From NCBI GenBank assembly GCA_963845245.1, contig CAWJRJ010000021.1, forward strand, positions 64,001 through 128,000: a stretch of 64,000 nucleotides of DNA. The letters are read 5' to 3'. The notes under the pieces were generated by a model. It did not search any database and was not told the DNA's origin. It worked only from the letters and a program-made list of their open reading frames with translations. Position 1 is the first letter of the stretch. Each line of letters begins with the position of its first letter. The position numbers and the translations under genes were made by a program. This DNA is from Nitrospirota bacterium (GTDB taxonomy: Bacteria; Nitrospirota; JACRHJ01). Positions 1 to 11,400 of the stretch are shown here, piece after piece.

Positions 1-812
1 CCGACATGGACGGCCAGCAGCGGATGCGAGCTTTGCCACAACCATACTCCGACCGAGGCCGCGAACAACAGCGCGTTAGCCATGGGCGGCAGGCCGCTCT
101 CATACGCGCACAGCCTGCACTTCAACGCGATATCGTCGATGCATATCGGTTCTGGCACGGTATCCAGGACCGACCTTACGCCGACCGGACTTCCGTCCTG
201 CAACGACTGCCACACGGACGCGCATACAGTCAACGCCGTTGGTGGCCCGCAGCTCTATCAGCTGCCGGTAAAGGATGGCGCCGCCGGCTTCTTGACATAC
301 GGTGGGCTACTCCGCAGCCGGTACCATATCGGTCAACGGTACCTGCACGAACACCAAGTGCCACATCAGCGCATCGCCGGCATGGAACTCCATAGCGACT
401 GGCGTCGTAGTCGGCACGACCGGCTGCGCGACTCTGCCACAGCTATCCGGGTGTTGCGGGCAGAGACTGGACCGGCACCAACGGCCATTCGATCAGGGCA
501 AACAACGTTCCAGGATGCCACGACTCCTGCTATCAGGAAGTCCATAAGCTCACCTGAACGTGGCCACGGCGTATAACAAGCTGACTGACTACATACGCAA
601 GCGTGACCGCTGATGTACGCAAGTGCGGAAAGTGCCACGCAGGCGCGACCCACATGAACGGTACTGTCAACGTAGCCGATTCCAACAGCCTCGGCCAGTG
701 CAACAGCACCAGCTTCACGTACAACAACATTTCGTCGAACCCGACGAACAGGATAGTGAACTGCAGCAACGTAAGCTGCCACTTCGGCAGGACCACGCCG
801 AACTGGTTCTAA
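1..812 (+). CDS. C-terminal part of a multiheme c-type cytochrome (CxxCH/CxxxxCH family); starts before the window and is split over several frames
   Basis: Motifs CELCH, CNDCH, CTNTKCH, CGKCH, CSNVSCH across ORFs 82-576, 302-547, 603-812; ends TTPNWF; clear paralog of 2703-3478. Confidence 0.85.
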
Positions 813-827
813 ATCTAATATGCAGCG

Positions 828-854
828 TTTGGGCCCCCCTGACGGGGGCCCAAA
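828..854 (+). terminator. GC-rich intergenic hairpin (stabiliser or weak terminator)
   Basis: TTTGGGCCCCC-ctgac-GGGGGCCCAAA just after the stop; no U-tract follows on the + strand. Confidence 0.5.
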
Positions 855-857
855 ACG

Positions 858-911
858 GCTGTGTTACTCACAGGGTGCGCAAGACCTTGCGCATCCTTTA
901 AGAAACACAGA
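858..911 (+). repeat. Conserved 54-nt intergenic stem-loop, copy A
   Basis: GCTGTGTTACTCACAGGGTGCGCAA-GACC-TTGCGCATCCTTTAAGAAACACAGA; aligns without gaps to 1343-1396 and 3527-3580. Confidence 0.85.
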
Positions 912-926
912 GGTAAGGAGAACGAA

Positions 927-1328
927 ATGAGCACCATGAAGAAAACAGTCTTAGCGATATTTACCTTGTTATTGGTTGCCGTGTTTGCTGGTTGTGCGTC
1001 CGAGCAGCAGCAGGCCGAGAAGGTAGTTTTTAATACGCTGGGGACGGTTTTGACGCTAAGAGACCGGCCGCTTTACACCAAGATTGTAAAAATCTCCTAC
1101 GAACATACCGGCAAGAATAAGCCTGGGGAGAAAAAGGCGTACTATATAAAGGGCTATGTAACTGTACGAAGGGTCGCGATGAAAGATTTCAAGTTCAGAG
1201 ACCAGACAGTACCTAAAGGGTCTACCCAGGACTACCGGTATTATTATGAAGCCAAGGTCGTCCAGGGCGTTAAGAACGCCCTGGTCCTGGTGCCGAGCGG
1301 GCTGACGATAAAACAGCAGGCGGGCTGA
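927..1328 (+). CDS. Basic lipoprotein of unknown function within the cytochrome cluster
   Basis: AAGGAG RBS before ATG 927; signal MSTMKKTVLAIFTLLLVAVFAG-C (lipobox); K/Y/V-rich body, no heme motif. Confidence 0.75.
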   Translation: MSTMKKTVLAIFTLLLVAVFAGCASEQQQAEKVVFNTLGTVLTLRDRPLYTKIVKISYEHTGKNKPGEKKAYYIKGYVTVRRVAMKDFKFRDQTVPKGSTQDYRYYYEAKVVQGVKNALVLVPSGLTIKQQAG

Positions 1329-1342
1329 CCCGTCTGGTATTG

Positions 1343-1396
1343 TTTGTATTTCTTGCAGGGCGCACAAGCCATTGCGTGCCTTGTCAGGGATACAGA
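1343..1396 (+). repeat. Conserved 54-nt intergenic stem-loop, copy B
   Basis: TTTGTATTTCTTGCAGGGCGCACAA-GCCA-TTGCGTGCCTTGTCAGGGATACAGA. Confidence 0.85.
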
Positions 1397-1444
1397 AAAC
1401 AAAATATTAAAGAAATTATAGAAATATTCAAAACGGAGGCTTAA

Positions 1445-3478
1445 ATGTCAAAAATGAGAATAGCAATAATCGCGCTCCTGGTCTTCGGACTGACCCTGGG
1501 CCTGTCCGGCATGGCCCTTGCGGTGACTATATCCTGCGGTCAGTGCCACGGCGCCTACGTCAACGACAACCACGGCGGAAAGACATTGATTCCGGGCGTG
1601 TCTGCGACTGAGGACACCAAGACACCTCAGGCCGGCGACATATGTGATAGCACAGGCCGCGGCCTGCACGGCATCCATATGAACTACTCCTCGGTAAGCT
1701 ACGGCAAGACCGGCGCTACGAGGGGCAACTGCAACTACTGCCACAACAAGCATGTACACGAGAACGGCTTCGTCGAGATGTCTGGATACAGCCCGGCCTC
1801 CGCAATTGGACCAGGTAGGCAACTTTACCATAACCAACGGCGGCACCGGCTATGTCGGCGGCGATCCGGGCGGCGATTATGTTACCGTAGTCGGCGGCAA
1901 CGGCGACGCACAGGCGTTGGTTACTACGGTTAGCGCCGGTGGCGTTATAACCGGTCTTTCCATGGGCGCGCATGGCCACAGCAAGGGCAGTGGCTATACT
2001 ACTGGTTCTGCCAACCTCTCGGGCGGGTCCGGCACGGGCGCTGTCATAAGCATAACATCGATCACCAACAACGGTTACCGTCAGTCGGTTACTTCAGCCG
2101 GCCTGGTAGTCACCGGCCCCGGTATGACCGCAGACGGCCTTGACATCACGCAGATGACCGGTAATGCAACCTGCGCCACCGCCTGCCACAAGGGCACCAG
2201 CGCAACCAACACCGCGCCGTGGGGCAACTTCACGACGCCGAGCATCCACCTGACCTGCAACAGCTGCCACGGTGACGCCTCCAACTACGGGCCCACCGCA
2301 TCGAACACCGGCCTCGGCAACGGCTTCTCCGGCACCGGCGGCCACAAGGTGCACCTGTACTCCGTAGGCGGAAGCCACGGCAACCAGCTGCTCGGCGGCA
2401 CCAAGATCGTGCTTGGCAGCTTCTCCACCGTCATCGACATGAACGGCAACAGCGACAAGGTCTGCGCGGCCTGCCACCCGGACAATACGAACGACCTTTG
2501 GAGCCAGGGCAGGGCGGACGACGGCAGCAAGAAGGCTTACCCGCACGCGACAGACGGTACCAACGTCCAGGCTAAGAATGCGAACTTTACTGCTCCTGCC
2601 AACATAGTGTTCACGAACGCTTCGGGCCTTGCCGACACCACTGGCAAACTGTCCTGCACCAACAACTGCCACTTCAACAAGTCGTCAGTGCAGAGCGCCA
2701 ACCCGACATGGACAGCGAGCAGCGGATGCGAGCTCTGCCACAACCATACGGCGACCGAGGCTGCGAACAACAGCGCCTTGGTCATGGGCGGCAGGGCGCT
2801 CTCATACGCGCACAGCCTGCACTTCAACCAGATATCGGCGATGCATGTCGGTTCGGCACGCCGCGCGGGCTTCCGTCCTGCAGCGACTGCCACACTGGCG
2901 CGCATACGATCAACGCGCTTGGCGGACCGCAGCTCATTCAGCTGCCTGTAAAGAATGGCGCCGCGGGCCTCGACTCGACGAAGGTCACCTACTCCGCTGC
3001 CGGCACCGTATCGGTCAGCGGTACCTGCACAACGACCAAGTGTCACATAACTCCCTCGCCTTCCTGGGACTCCATAGCGACTGGCGTCGTAGTCGGTACG
3101 ACCGGTTGCGCGACCTGCCACGAATATCCTGGCGCTCCGGGCAAGGACTGGGCTACGACCGGAAACGGCCACCTTGTCAGGTATGACGCTCCGGTCGTCA
3201 ACACCCACATGAAGGCGACTGGCTTCAACTACCAGACCGACAACTATGCCTCAGTTACTGCCGACACCGGCAAATGCGGCATCTGCCACAGGAACGTAAA
3301 GCACATGAACGGCACCGGCTTCGCTCACCTGAGCACGGTGACCGACACCACATACAGCGAGTGCGGCACGACTCCGTTCACGTTCTCAACAGGCGGCACC
3401 GGTACCGGCACAGACGCAGTAACCTGCAGCAACGTGAAATGCCACAGCGGCAATACTACCCCGAACTGGGGACCATAG
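1445..3478 (+). CDS. Secreted multiheme c-type cytochrome, ~12 heme motifs (apparent frameshifts near 1800 and 2860)
   Basis: GGAGG RBS; Sec signal ending MALA; CGQCH, CNYCH, CATACH, CNSCH, CAACH, CTNNCH, CELCH, CSDCH, CTTTKCH, CATCH, CGICH, CSNVKCH across ORFs 1445-1933, 1752-2951, 2708-3478. Confidence 0.88.
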
Positions 3479-3492
3479 TCTAAACCAGACAG

Positions 3493-3526
3493 CTTTGGGC
3501 CCCGCCCCGGAAGGCGGGGCCCAAAG
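3493..3526 (+). terminator. GC-rich intergenic hairpin, related to 828-854
   Basis: CTTTGGGCCCCGCC-ccggaa-GGCGGGGCCCAAAG, perfect 14-bp stem. Confidence 0.55.
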
Positions 3527-3580
3527 TCTGTATTTCTTGCAGGGTGCGCAAGACATTGCGCGCCATCCTAGGAATACAGA
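3527..3580 (+). repeat. Conserved 54-nt intergenic stem-loop, copy C
   Basis: TCTGTATTTCTTGCAGGGTGCGCAA-GACA-TTGCGCGCCATCCTAGGAATACAGA. Confidence 0.85.
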
Positions 3581-3639
3581 AGAGGAAATTAACCATTAAA
3601 AGTTTTCATCAATTTTGGTTTTCTATTAAGGAGGATAAA

Positions 3640-5266
3640 ATGGGATACACCAGTGAGTCGAAAAACAGAAGGTGGGGGTTGCCGGTAGGCCTTCTTGCCC
3701 TCATCCTGATGATGGTCCTTATAGGGACTGCGACGGCGCCTACCCCCGCAATGGCCGCGGCCATTACCTGCGGTGGGTGTCACAGCACGCCTCCCAAGGA
3801 CTCGGACAGCGGCGGCTGCAAGCAGACGACCAAGAGCCACCCGGACCACTCCACCGGTGCGGACCTGACCACTTGCGACCGCTGTCACCCGACGACCACT
3901 AGCTCTGTGCCGACGGCCAAGCACAACAACAACATCGTCAACATCACTTCGGTGGTTTCACCTGGATTGAGTTACAACAGCCTTAACGGAACGTGTACAA
4001 ACGCCTGCCACAAGAACGAACCAAACCCGACCTGGGGCGGGAGCGGCGCGGACTGCAACATCTGCCATTTCAGGAGCGGCGCAGTCGGCTCATACACTAT
4101 GTCCGGACTTCATGCTGCGCCCGGCAGGACATATATGCACTTCAGCTCTGCCATAAAAGTTGTGGACAATACCAAGACTGTAACCTGCAATAACTGCCAT
4201 CCTGCGGTGCCGTTCGCGAACAACACGACCAGCCCGCGTTCGCACATCAGGCTGCCGAACACCGCTGCAAACTTCAAGGCCCGCGCCGACATGTCGCAGG
4301 CCCATACATATGTAAGCGTTACCGGCATAGGTTATACAAAAGGTGCGACTGCGGCGGCGGGCACCTGCGCGCTTTCATGCCACAACAACTCAGGCGACAC
4401 GTTCGGCAACTACACGATCTACTTCAAGACCGGCCAGACCAGGCGTTTCGGGCCGTACTCCACGGCCAGGTGGGGTGCGTCCGACCTGAAGTGTAATGAA
4501 TGTCACAGCACGCCGAGTCAGTCGGCTACGTTCGGCGGTTCAAGCTCAGTCAACGCAAACAAGAGGCATAAGGCCCACATGTTCAGCTACAAGCTGAACC
4601 CATGGAACTTCGCCGGCCAGGACCGCAACATCTATTGCGACGACTGCCACAGGACACCGAACATAAACGCGACAAGGGGCTTTAGGGGTCACTCGACAAT
4701 CAGGCCAGGGCGGCAGCGGAATCATATCACTCCCTGTCAGATCCCAGAACGCAAAGGTCTACCTGACCTGGCGCAGCAACATCGGCCATGATGGACTTCC
4801 AACAGCATTCGATCCGTCGACCGTAACATGCTCCAACGTTTACTGCCATACCATCATGACCACGGCCCAGTGGACAGAGCAGGCCTGCAACTCATGCCAC
4901 GGCACAAAGGACGGAATCAACGTAGGTTCCGGCGCACCCGGCTACAAGGACTTTACCTCAATATCCGCGGCACAGTACCGCACGTTCGAGGACTATTCCG
5001 GCGGCGGCGGCGCGCATTACTCGCATGTCACCAAGCGTGGCTACGCCTGCCGTACATGCCATTACGATGGCGGCGGCGACGGCAACCCTGCGAACCATCA
5101 CAATAACAGCCTGACGGTATCCAGAGATAACGTAAACGTCGGTGTCGAGCCGCAGTACTGGTTCAACAACATGACCTCCAAGTACGACAAGGTTACCAGG
5201 AGCTGCAGCGACGTTGCTTGTCACTTCGGCGCGTCCCAGAACTGGGACTGCACACCGCTGCATTAG
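3640..5266 (+). CDS. Secreted multiheme c-type cytochrome, ~12 heme motifs (frameshift near 4700)
   Basis: AAGGAGG RBS before ATG 3640; hydrophobic signal; CGGCH, CDRCH, CTNACH, CNICH, CNNCH, CALSCH, CNECH, CDDCH, then CSNVYCH, CNSCH, CRTCH, CSDVACH in the frame of ORF 4856-5266. Confidence 0.88.
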
Positions 5267-5286
5267 CCTTCTGTCCATGTTTAATA

Positions 5287-5310
5287 CGGGGGCGGCGCTA
5301 GCCGCCCCCG
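5287..5310 (+). terminator. GC-rich hairpin after cytochrome gene
   Basis: CGGGGGCGGC-gcta-GCCGCCCCCG; no clear U-tract. Confidence 0.5.
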
Positions 5311-5458
5311 GTATAAAAGGTTAAATGAAGAAAAATTCACGAGGATATACGCATGGTCACAAATACATCTGGAATGCTTGTGTTTATGGGCGTAATCTTG
5401 TGAAATCTTGAATATAAAACTTAAGAATAATTTAAAAGTTTCCAACGAGGAGGAAGAA

Positions 5459-8400
5459 ATGACGAAGAGGATGAATAAATATTCCCGCAAGGCCCTTGCA
5501 ACCACAGGCATAATGCTGGTGATCGGGGTTCTCATATGGGCACTGATGGCGTTCGCGTATAATGCCACGGTAGCCACATATTCGGACGCCACGCATTCCA
5601 CTGGCAAGACGAGCTTCGGCCGCGGGGTAGATACGGTCTACACCAACATGACCGGCGGCATAGGTTCCAACACATACTATGCCGAATACTGGGGCCCGTC
5701 CACGAATGGCGGCACCGACATGGTGTACGAACCCGGAACGAGGAGCGCCCAGCTGACATCGCGGACGACCGGCGGCCTCAGTACTTCATACGTTACACAA
5801 GCTACGGACAATAGCGGCACCTGGCAGGCGAGGATATTGCACAACCCGCAGTATACCGCTCCGCAGGCGATAGTTATGGATGTCCCGGCCAAAGGGCAGG
5901 TTCTTACAGCCGGTACGGCAGTGACCCTCCAGTTCCATCTCGTTGACAGGAACGGCAACACGATGACCGGCACCGACTACCGCTCCAAGATGTACACATA
6001 CATGTCATACAACGGCTCAACAAGCTCCCCCGGCTGGCGCGCATACGCCGCCAACAACAGCAGGGCTACCTGGACGTTCAACTCAGGGACCGGCATGTAC
6101 ACCAAATCCTTTACGCCTGCCACGGCGAGCACCGGCCTCGCCCAGCTGCGCGTTTATATGTACAACTGGTGGGGCACGACCAACGGCGCGATTGAGACCG
6201 GTGACGCCTATTCCATAAGCGGCTCCACCTCGAACGACCTCTATACACAGGAGTTCTGGTATGCGACCGGCGGCACCACGACCCAGACCAACGCATTTAA
6301 TATAGTCAGCGTTGACAGCATGAACCCGAAGTTCGTGGCAAACCCGGGCGTGCCCACGATTAACTACACCTATTACTTCGACATATTCGACGGCAACGGC
6401 AACGCTGTAACAAGCGGCATCACATCATGGACGAACGTATGCCGTGGCGCAGCCGCATACGTTACCGCCGGCACACAGCCGACGGCTACGGTTTATGCCG
6501 CACCCGCATATGACGCAACCTCCGGGCACTGGAAGGTAACCTGGACGCTGCCCGCTCCCGGCAAATACGGCATTGACCTCAGGGCTACCCGCGGCAACCA
6601 GGTGAGGATGGAGGATGTCGTCCAGTACGCGGCATCAAGCGCGTTCAGCATGCTAGGCGACGTCACCCCGCCTGCAAACGTAGCTTTCGGCACGGTTACC
6701 CCGTCAGACAACAGGGTAACGCTTAACTGGACAAACCCGACCACAGACCAGGGCGGCGGCGCATTGACCGGGTTCAACGGCATCATCATACTTCGGAACC
6801 AGAACAGCCCGGTACCAACGGGCCCTTCAACAGGGCAGGAATACAGCGTGGACGGCTCAAATTCTCCATTGCCTCCTTATGGTCCGCGCCCGAACTCCAT
6901 TGGAACGAGCAGCGTCGTATATATAGGTAACGGTACGCAATACGCCGACGGCGACCCTTGCGGCGTACCTCTTACAAACGACACAATAACATATTATTAT
7001 AAGGCATATTCTTTTGACCAGTACTACAACTATTCTACCGGCATAGAGGTGTCGAGCACACCACATGACGGAGTCGCAATCGGGCCTGTGACAATTACCG
7101 GCGTTACTGCCGGCGACCAGCAGAACACCATCAACTGGATCAACCCGAGCAGGTGCGACTTCAAGGGAGTCGTGGTAAGGTACAGCACGGTTTCGTTCCC
7201 GACCGTGTGCAGCATTTCCCCATCTGCATACACTGAAACCAGCAACGGCAACCTTGTAACATATCCTGTAGGCACCGGTGTCAAGCCCGGCGGAACGCCT
7301 GGAGGAGCCGACAGCATCCCGCACACAAACCTTACAAACGGCTTTACGTATTACTATACAGTATGGGCTTACGACGACGAAGTAACGCCGTTATACAGCG
7401 CCGCGGCGAGCCCGGCGACCTATGCATCCCCGCATGACGTTACGGCGCCAGCACAGATCACAAGCCTGAGTGTTGTGGGTGGCTCTACGAACGCTTTCGG
7501 GTGCACGCTCTCCTGGACGGCCACAGGCGACGACGGGATGGTCGGGACTGCGACAAAATATGATATAAGATATTCGAAGAGCCCGATTTACATCTCAGGG
7601 GATCCGGTAGCTACCGCCACCAACTGGAACAATGCATGGGAGGCCGTAGGCACGCCCTTCCCACAGCCAATGGTCTCTGGGACGGTACAGACATATGACG
7701 TCGCCGGCCTTTCGCCGCTGACGCAGTACTATTTTGCCATCAGGGTTGCGGACGAAGTTCCCAACTGGTCTGGTGTATCCATAACTAATGCCTCGACGAC
7801 GACCCTGTGCAACCCGAAGATTTCGGCGTGCAACCAGTGCCACCTGATGCCGCCTGACGACGAACTGCCTGGCGCGCACCCGCGCGGCACCGGCAATATC
7901 GGCAACCATGACCTCCCCATACATGCGGGACAGGGCGGCGCAGACCAGTGCGACGTCTGCCACGCAGATGGCAACGTATGGCGCAACAACACGACGCTCT
8001 ACCAGGTCACGCACCAGAACGGTGTGATAGACATAAACGGCCCCGGCATGATCGGCAACGAGTGGGAGCGCACCCAGGTCCCCCCGCAAGGCGGCACGTT
8101 CTACCCATCGACCACCGTTGTATACAAGTTCAAGAACTACTCCTCGGGCGTAGGCTACAAACAGACGACGGGCTACTGCCAGAACACGTACTGCCACGGC
8201 TCCGGCCTTTCTTCCCCGATGTGGGGCCAGGGGACAATAGTCTGCGGCGAATACTGCCACGAGACCCCGCCCGCGACAGGACGCCACGTCAAGCATTACC
8301 ACCCCGGCCAGAGTTACGTCAACTTCGGTCCGGCCTCGGTCAAAGTAAGCGGCTATACCAATGGAGAAGGCGTAATCGACTCTTCGGACGACGGAACCAT

Positions 8401-11400
8401 AGGCTGGAGCCCGGCGGCTACGGCCAACTCGATGCCGCTGCCTGTTGGTAGCAACAGGGATTTGCGGTACGCCACTTACATATCCTCCTCGAACGGCTCA
8501 ACCAAAACCTTCAACGTGGGCAACGGGATATGGTATGTCACCGTCTGCGTAGGCGATTCGTTTGTTGCAAAAACGAAGCAGACCGTTATGGCATCCGGTG
8601 ACGGCGGGGCCTCCTGGGTCAAGCTTATAGACAACTTTGACACCATGCCACAGAAGCTCTACAAAAAGGCGGTCGACATACCGGTGTTGGTAACGGGCAG
8701 CAGCAATCTGCGGATAAAGATAGGCAATGGCAGCAATCCGACACAGCTTTGTTACCTTATAATAAACAGTACGCCAGAAGCCCCGAAGTCGAATAACACC
8801 CTGTTAAAGAACACGGCTACGGAGTATGGTTTCTCGTGCGGCAAGTGCCACACCGACGATACGACCCAGGCGAGGCATACAAGCCACGTCGACGGGCCGG
8901 TACAGAGAGGCATAAGGGACGCCGAGAACGCATTTGACGGCAACTCAAACCCCAAGAACCCCCTCGGGCTGTACACTTCAGATGTAGCGTTATTCGGCAA
9001 CATATCGACATATATCGACGGCCAGGGCTACCCCTACACCAACGGCCGCGGCTGCAAAAACCTGTACTGCCACGGTTCCACGCTGCATGCTGGCGGCAGC
9101 AACCATACGCCGACATGGAAGGACGGATACATAGACGTGACCGGGGCCTCGATCTGCGGGTCGTGCCACGATGCGGGCTATGCGGACACCACCCCGTTGT
9201 CAAACATTACCACCGGGTCGCATACAAAACACACGAATAACACCTACGCATACAGGTTCGACTGCTACAAGTGCCATAACAGGACGGTTCTGCAGAAAGA
9301 CCCTGCAAACGGCAATAAAATAAAGATCGCCAACAAGATCTATCACGTAAACGGCCAAGCGGACGTTTACTTTGACCCGACCGACAACACGATGCTGTTT
9401 GGCAAGTACTCGACCTCTCAAAAGACGTGCTACAACGTCTACTGCCACTCGAACGGTCTCCTGGATAAGGCGGACAAGCCTATAAGCTGGGCAACGAAAT
9501 ATGCGACTCCGCAGTGGGCCAGCGGCTCAAAGACCTGCAACTACTGCCATGGCACCAGCAGGCCTGACGGCATGCCGGACTATGCGAACTTCGTGAACAG
9601 CACTTCTGGAACTCCCAACAGTCATCCCAAGCATGTGGACGAGAACAAGCTCGGCTGCTCCAAGTGCCACTACAACACCACCAGGAACAACGGCGCCAGC
9701 ATCTATACGACGATGCAGCCCTCGCTCCATGTGAACGGCATAGCCGACGTGACGTTCGATTCGGAGAACAACAACGGGACGTTCAACGGCTCATTCGACC
9801 ATGCCAACCAGCAGTGTTCAGGCACTTACTGCCATGGCCGTAGCTCACCGCCACAATGGGGCGGCGTGGTTGACTGCGGTAGCTGTCACGGAGTCAGCCC
9901 AACGAACCCGAACCCAGGCATCGGCGCGCACCTCATACATAACAACGGCGCCTTCAGCCTTGTCACCAGTGTCGTCACCAACGCATCGAGCAGCACGACT
10001 TACAATTTCACGTGCAACTTCTGCCACTTCAGCAGGACACACGGCGGCGGCGAGTACATAACGGGCGTGCAGACGGCTGAAACGAATTTCAACACCGTCA
10101 CCCCGACAAACGGCTACAACAACAATGGCGCAACATATACGCGCGGTACGGCGACATTGACCGATACAAGTAACTGGCACTACTCCGCCGGAACCTGCGC
10201 AAACACCAAGTGTCACAGCAGCAACAGCACCGGTGGCGCACCGAACAACGCTTTTGTCACCTGGACCAGCAAGTTCGTAGGTACATCAAGAGAGTGCTAC
10301 CAGTGCCACAACGGCGACGCGAGCGCGCCCGCCGGCAGAAGGATGAAGAGCGGTGCGCATGCGATGCATGTATTTACCTCCGTATACAGGAGGTCATGTG
10401 AGGAGTGCCACGCATTGACGGCTTCTTTAAACACCGTCGCCGACAAGTCTAAGCATGTAAACGGCACGGTTGATGTGAGCATCCTCCCGGCATACGGCGG
10501 CACTTTCGACAGCTCCAAGAACTGCAGTAACGTCTATTGCCACTCAAACGCCAACCCGTCGGCATGGGGCACGGGCACGGTATACTACAAGTCGATGAAC
10601 TGGAACACCGGTCCGGCCACCACCTGCACCAGTTGCCACAGCAACAATCATGTTGTCGGCGGTGACGGAGTCAGGTCTGAAGATCAGACGCTTTCGTTCA
10701 ACCACAGGAAGCACCTGAACCCGGCCACCGACTCGCTGCTTGGCGGCTACGGCTCCAGGATCGGCTGCACGAACTGCCATAACCTGACGGCGAAGACCAA
10801 TACATCCCTATATACAAGCATTGTGCCGTCTAACCATAACAATATGAACAAGGACATCTACTTCTCGACCAGCTTCTTCACCATGTCCGGCGTAAACACC
10901 GTTTACGGTGGCGGCGTTAACGGTACTGCATACTGGGGTCAGTGGAACACCCCTAACTCCGGCAGCTGTACTGTCATATGCCACTCAGACGCGCGCGGCG
11001 GAGACCCGCTGGTGTTCCCGAACTGGTCAACGACTCAGGGCTCGTATGGCTGTACGTCGTGCCACGCGGCCGACGCGACTACGTTCGCGCTGCCGAACTA
11101 CACCGGCAACGACAGCCACGAGAAGCACGTGAGCAACGGGGTTACCTGCAACACCTGCCACCGTCTGACGGCAGGCAACAACGCTGGGACGCCGTTCATA
11201 AACGCATCAGGCTTTACTTCCCACCATGTCAACGGCAGCGCGGGCAACGACGTGAAACTTTCTGTCATAGGCAATTATTCCACGGTGTCGAGGTCGTGCT
11301 CAAGCCTGAGTTGCCATGGGCACAGGGTCTGGGGTCAGCATTATGCTTCGAGCTGCAACAGCTGCCACGCCGCGCCGCCCGCGTACGCCCAGCACACGTT

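Noticed and set aside
858..3580. CRISPR array or cyclic-dinucleotide (GEMM) riboswitch reading of the repeated hairpins
   Set aside because: Copies are separated by whole genes, no cas genes are present, and I see no GEMM two-stem consensus
5353..5403. 16-codon uORF MVTNTSGMLVFMGVIL with GAGG upstream, in the leader of the giant gene
   Set aside because: Weak SD, no motif and no associated terminator; compatible with chance in AT-rich DNA
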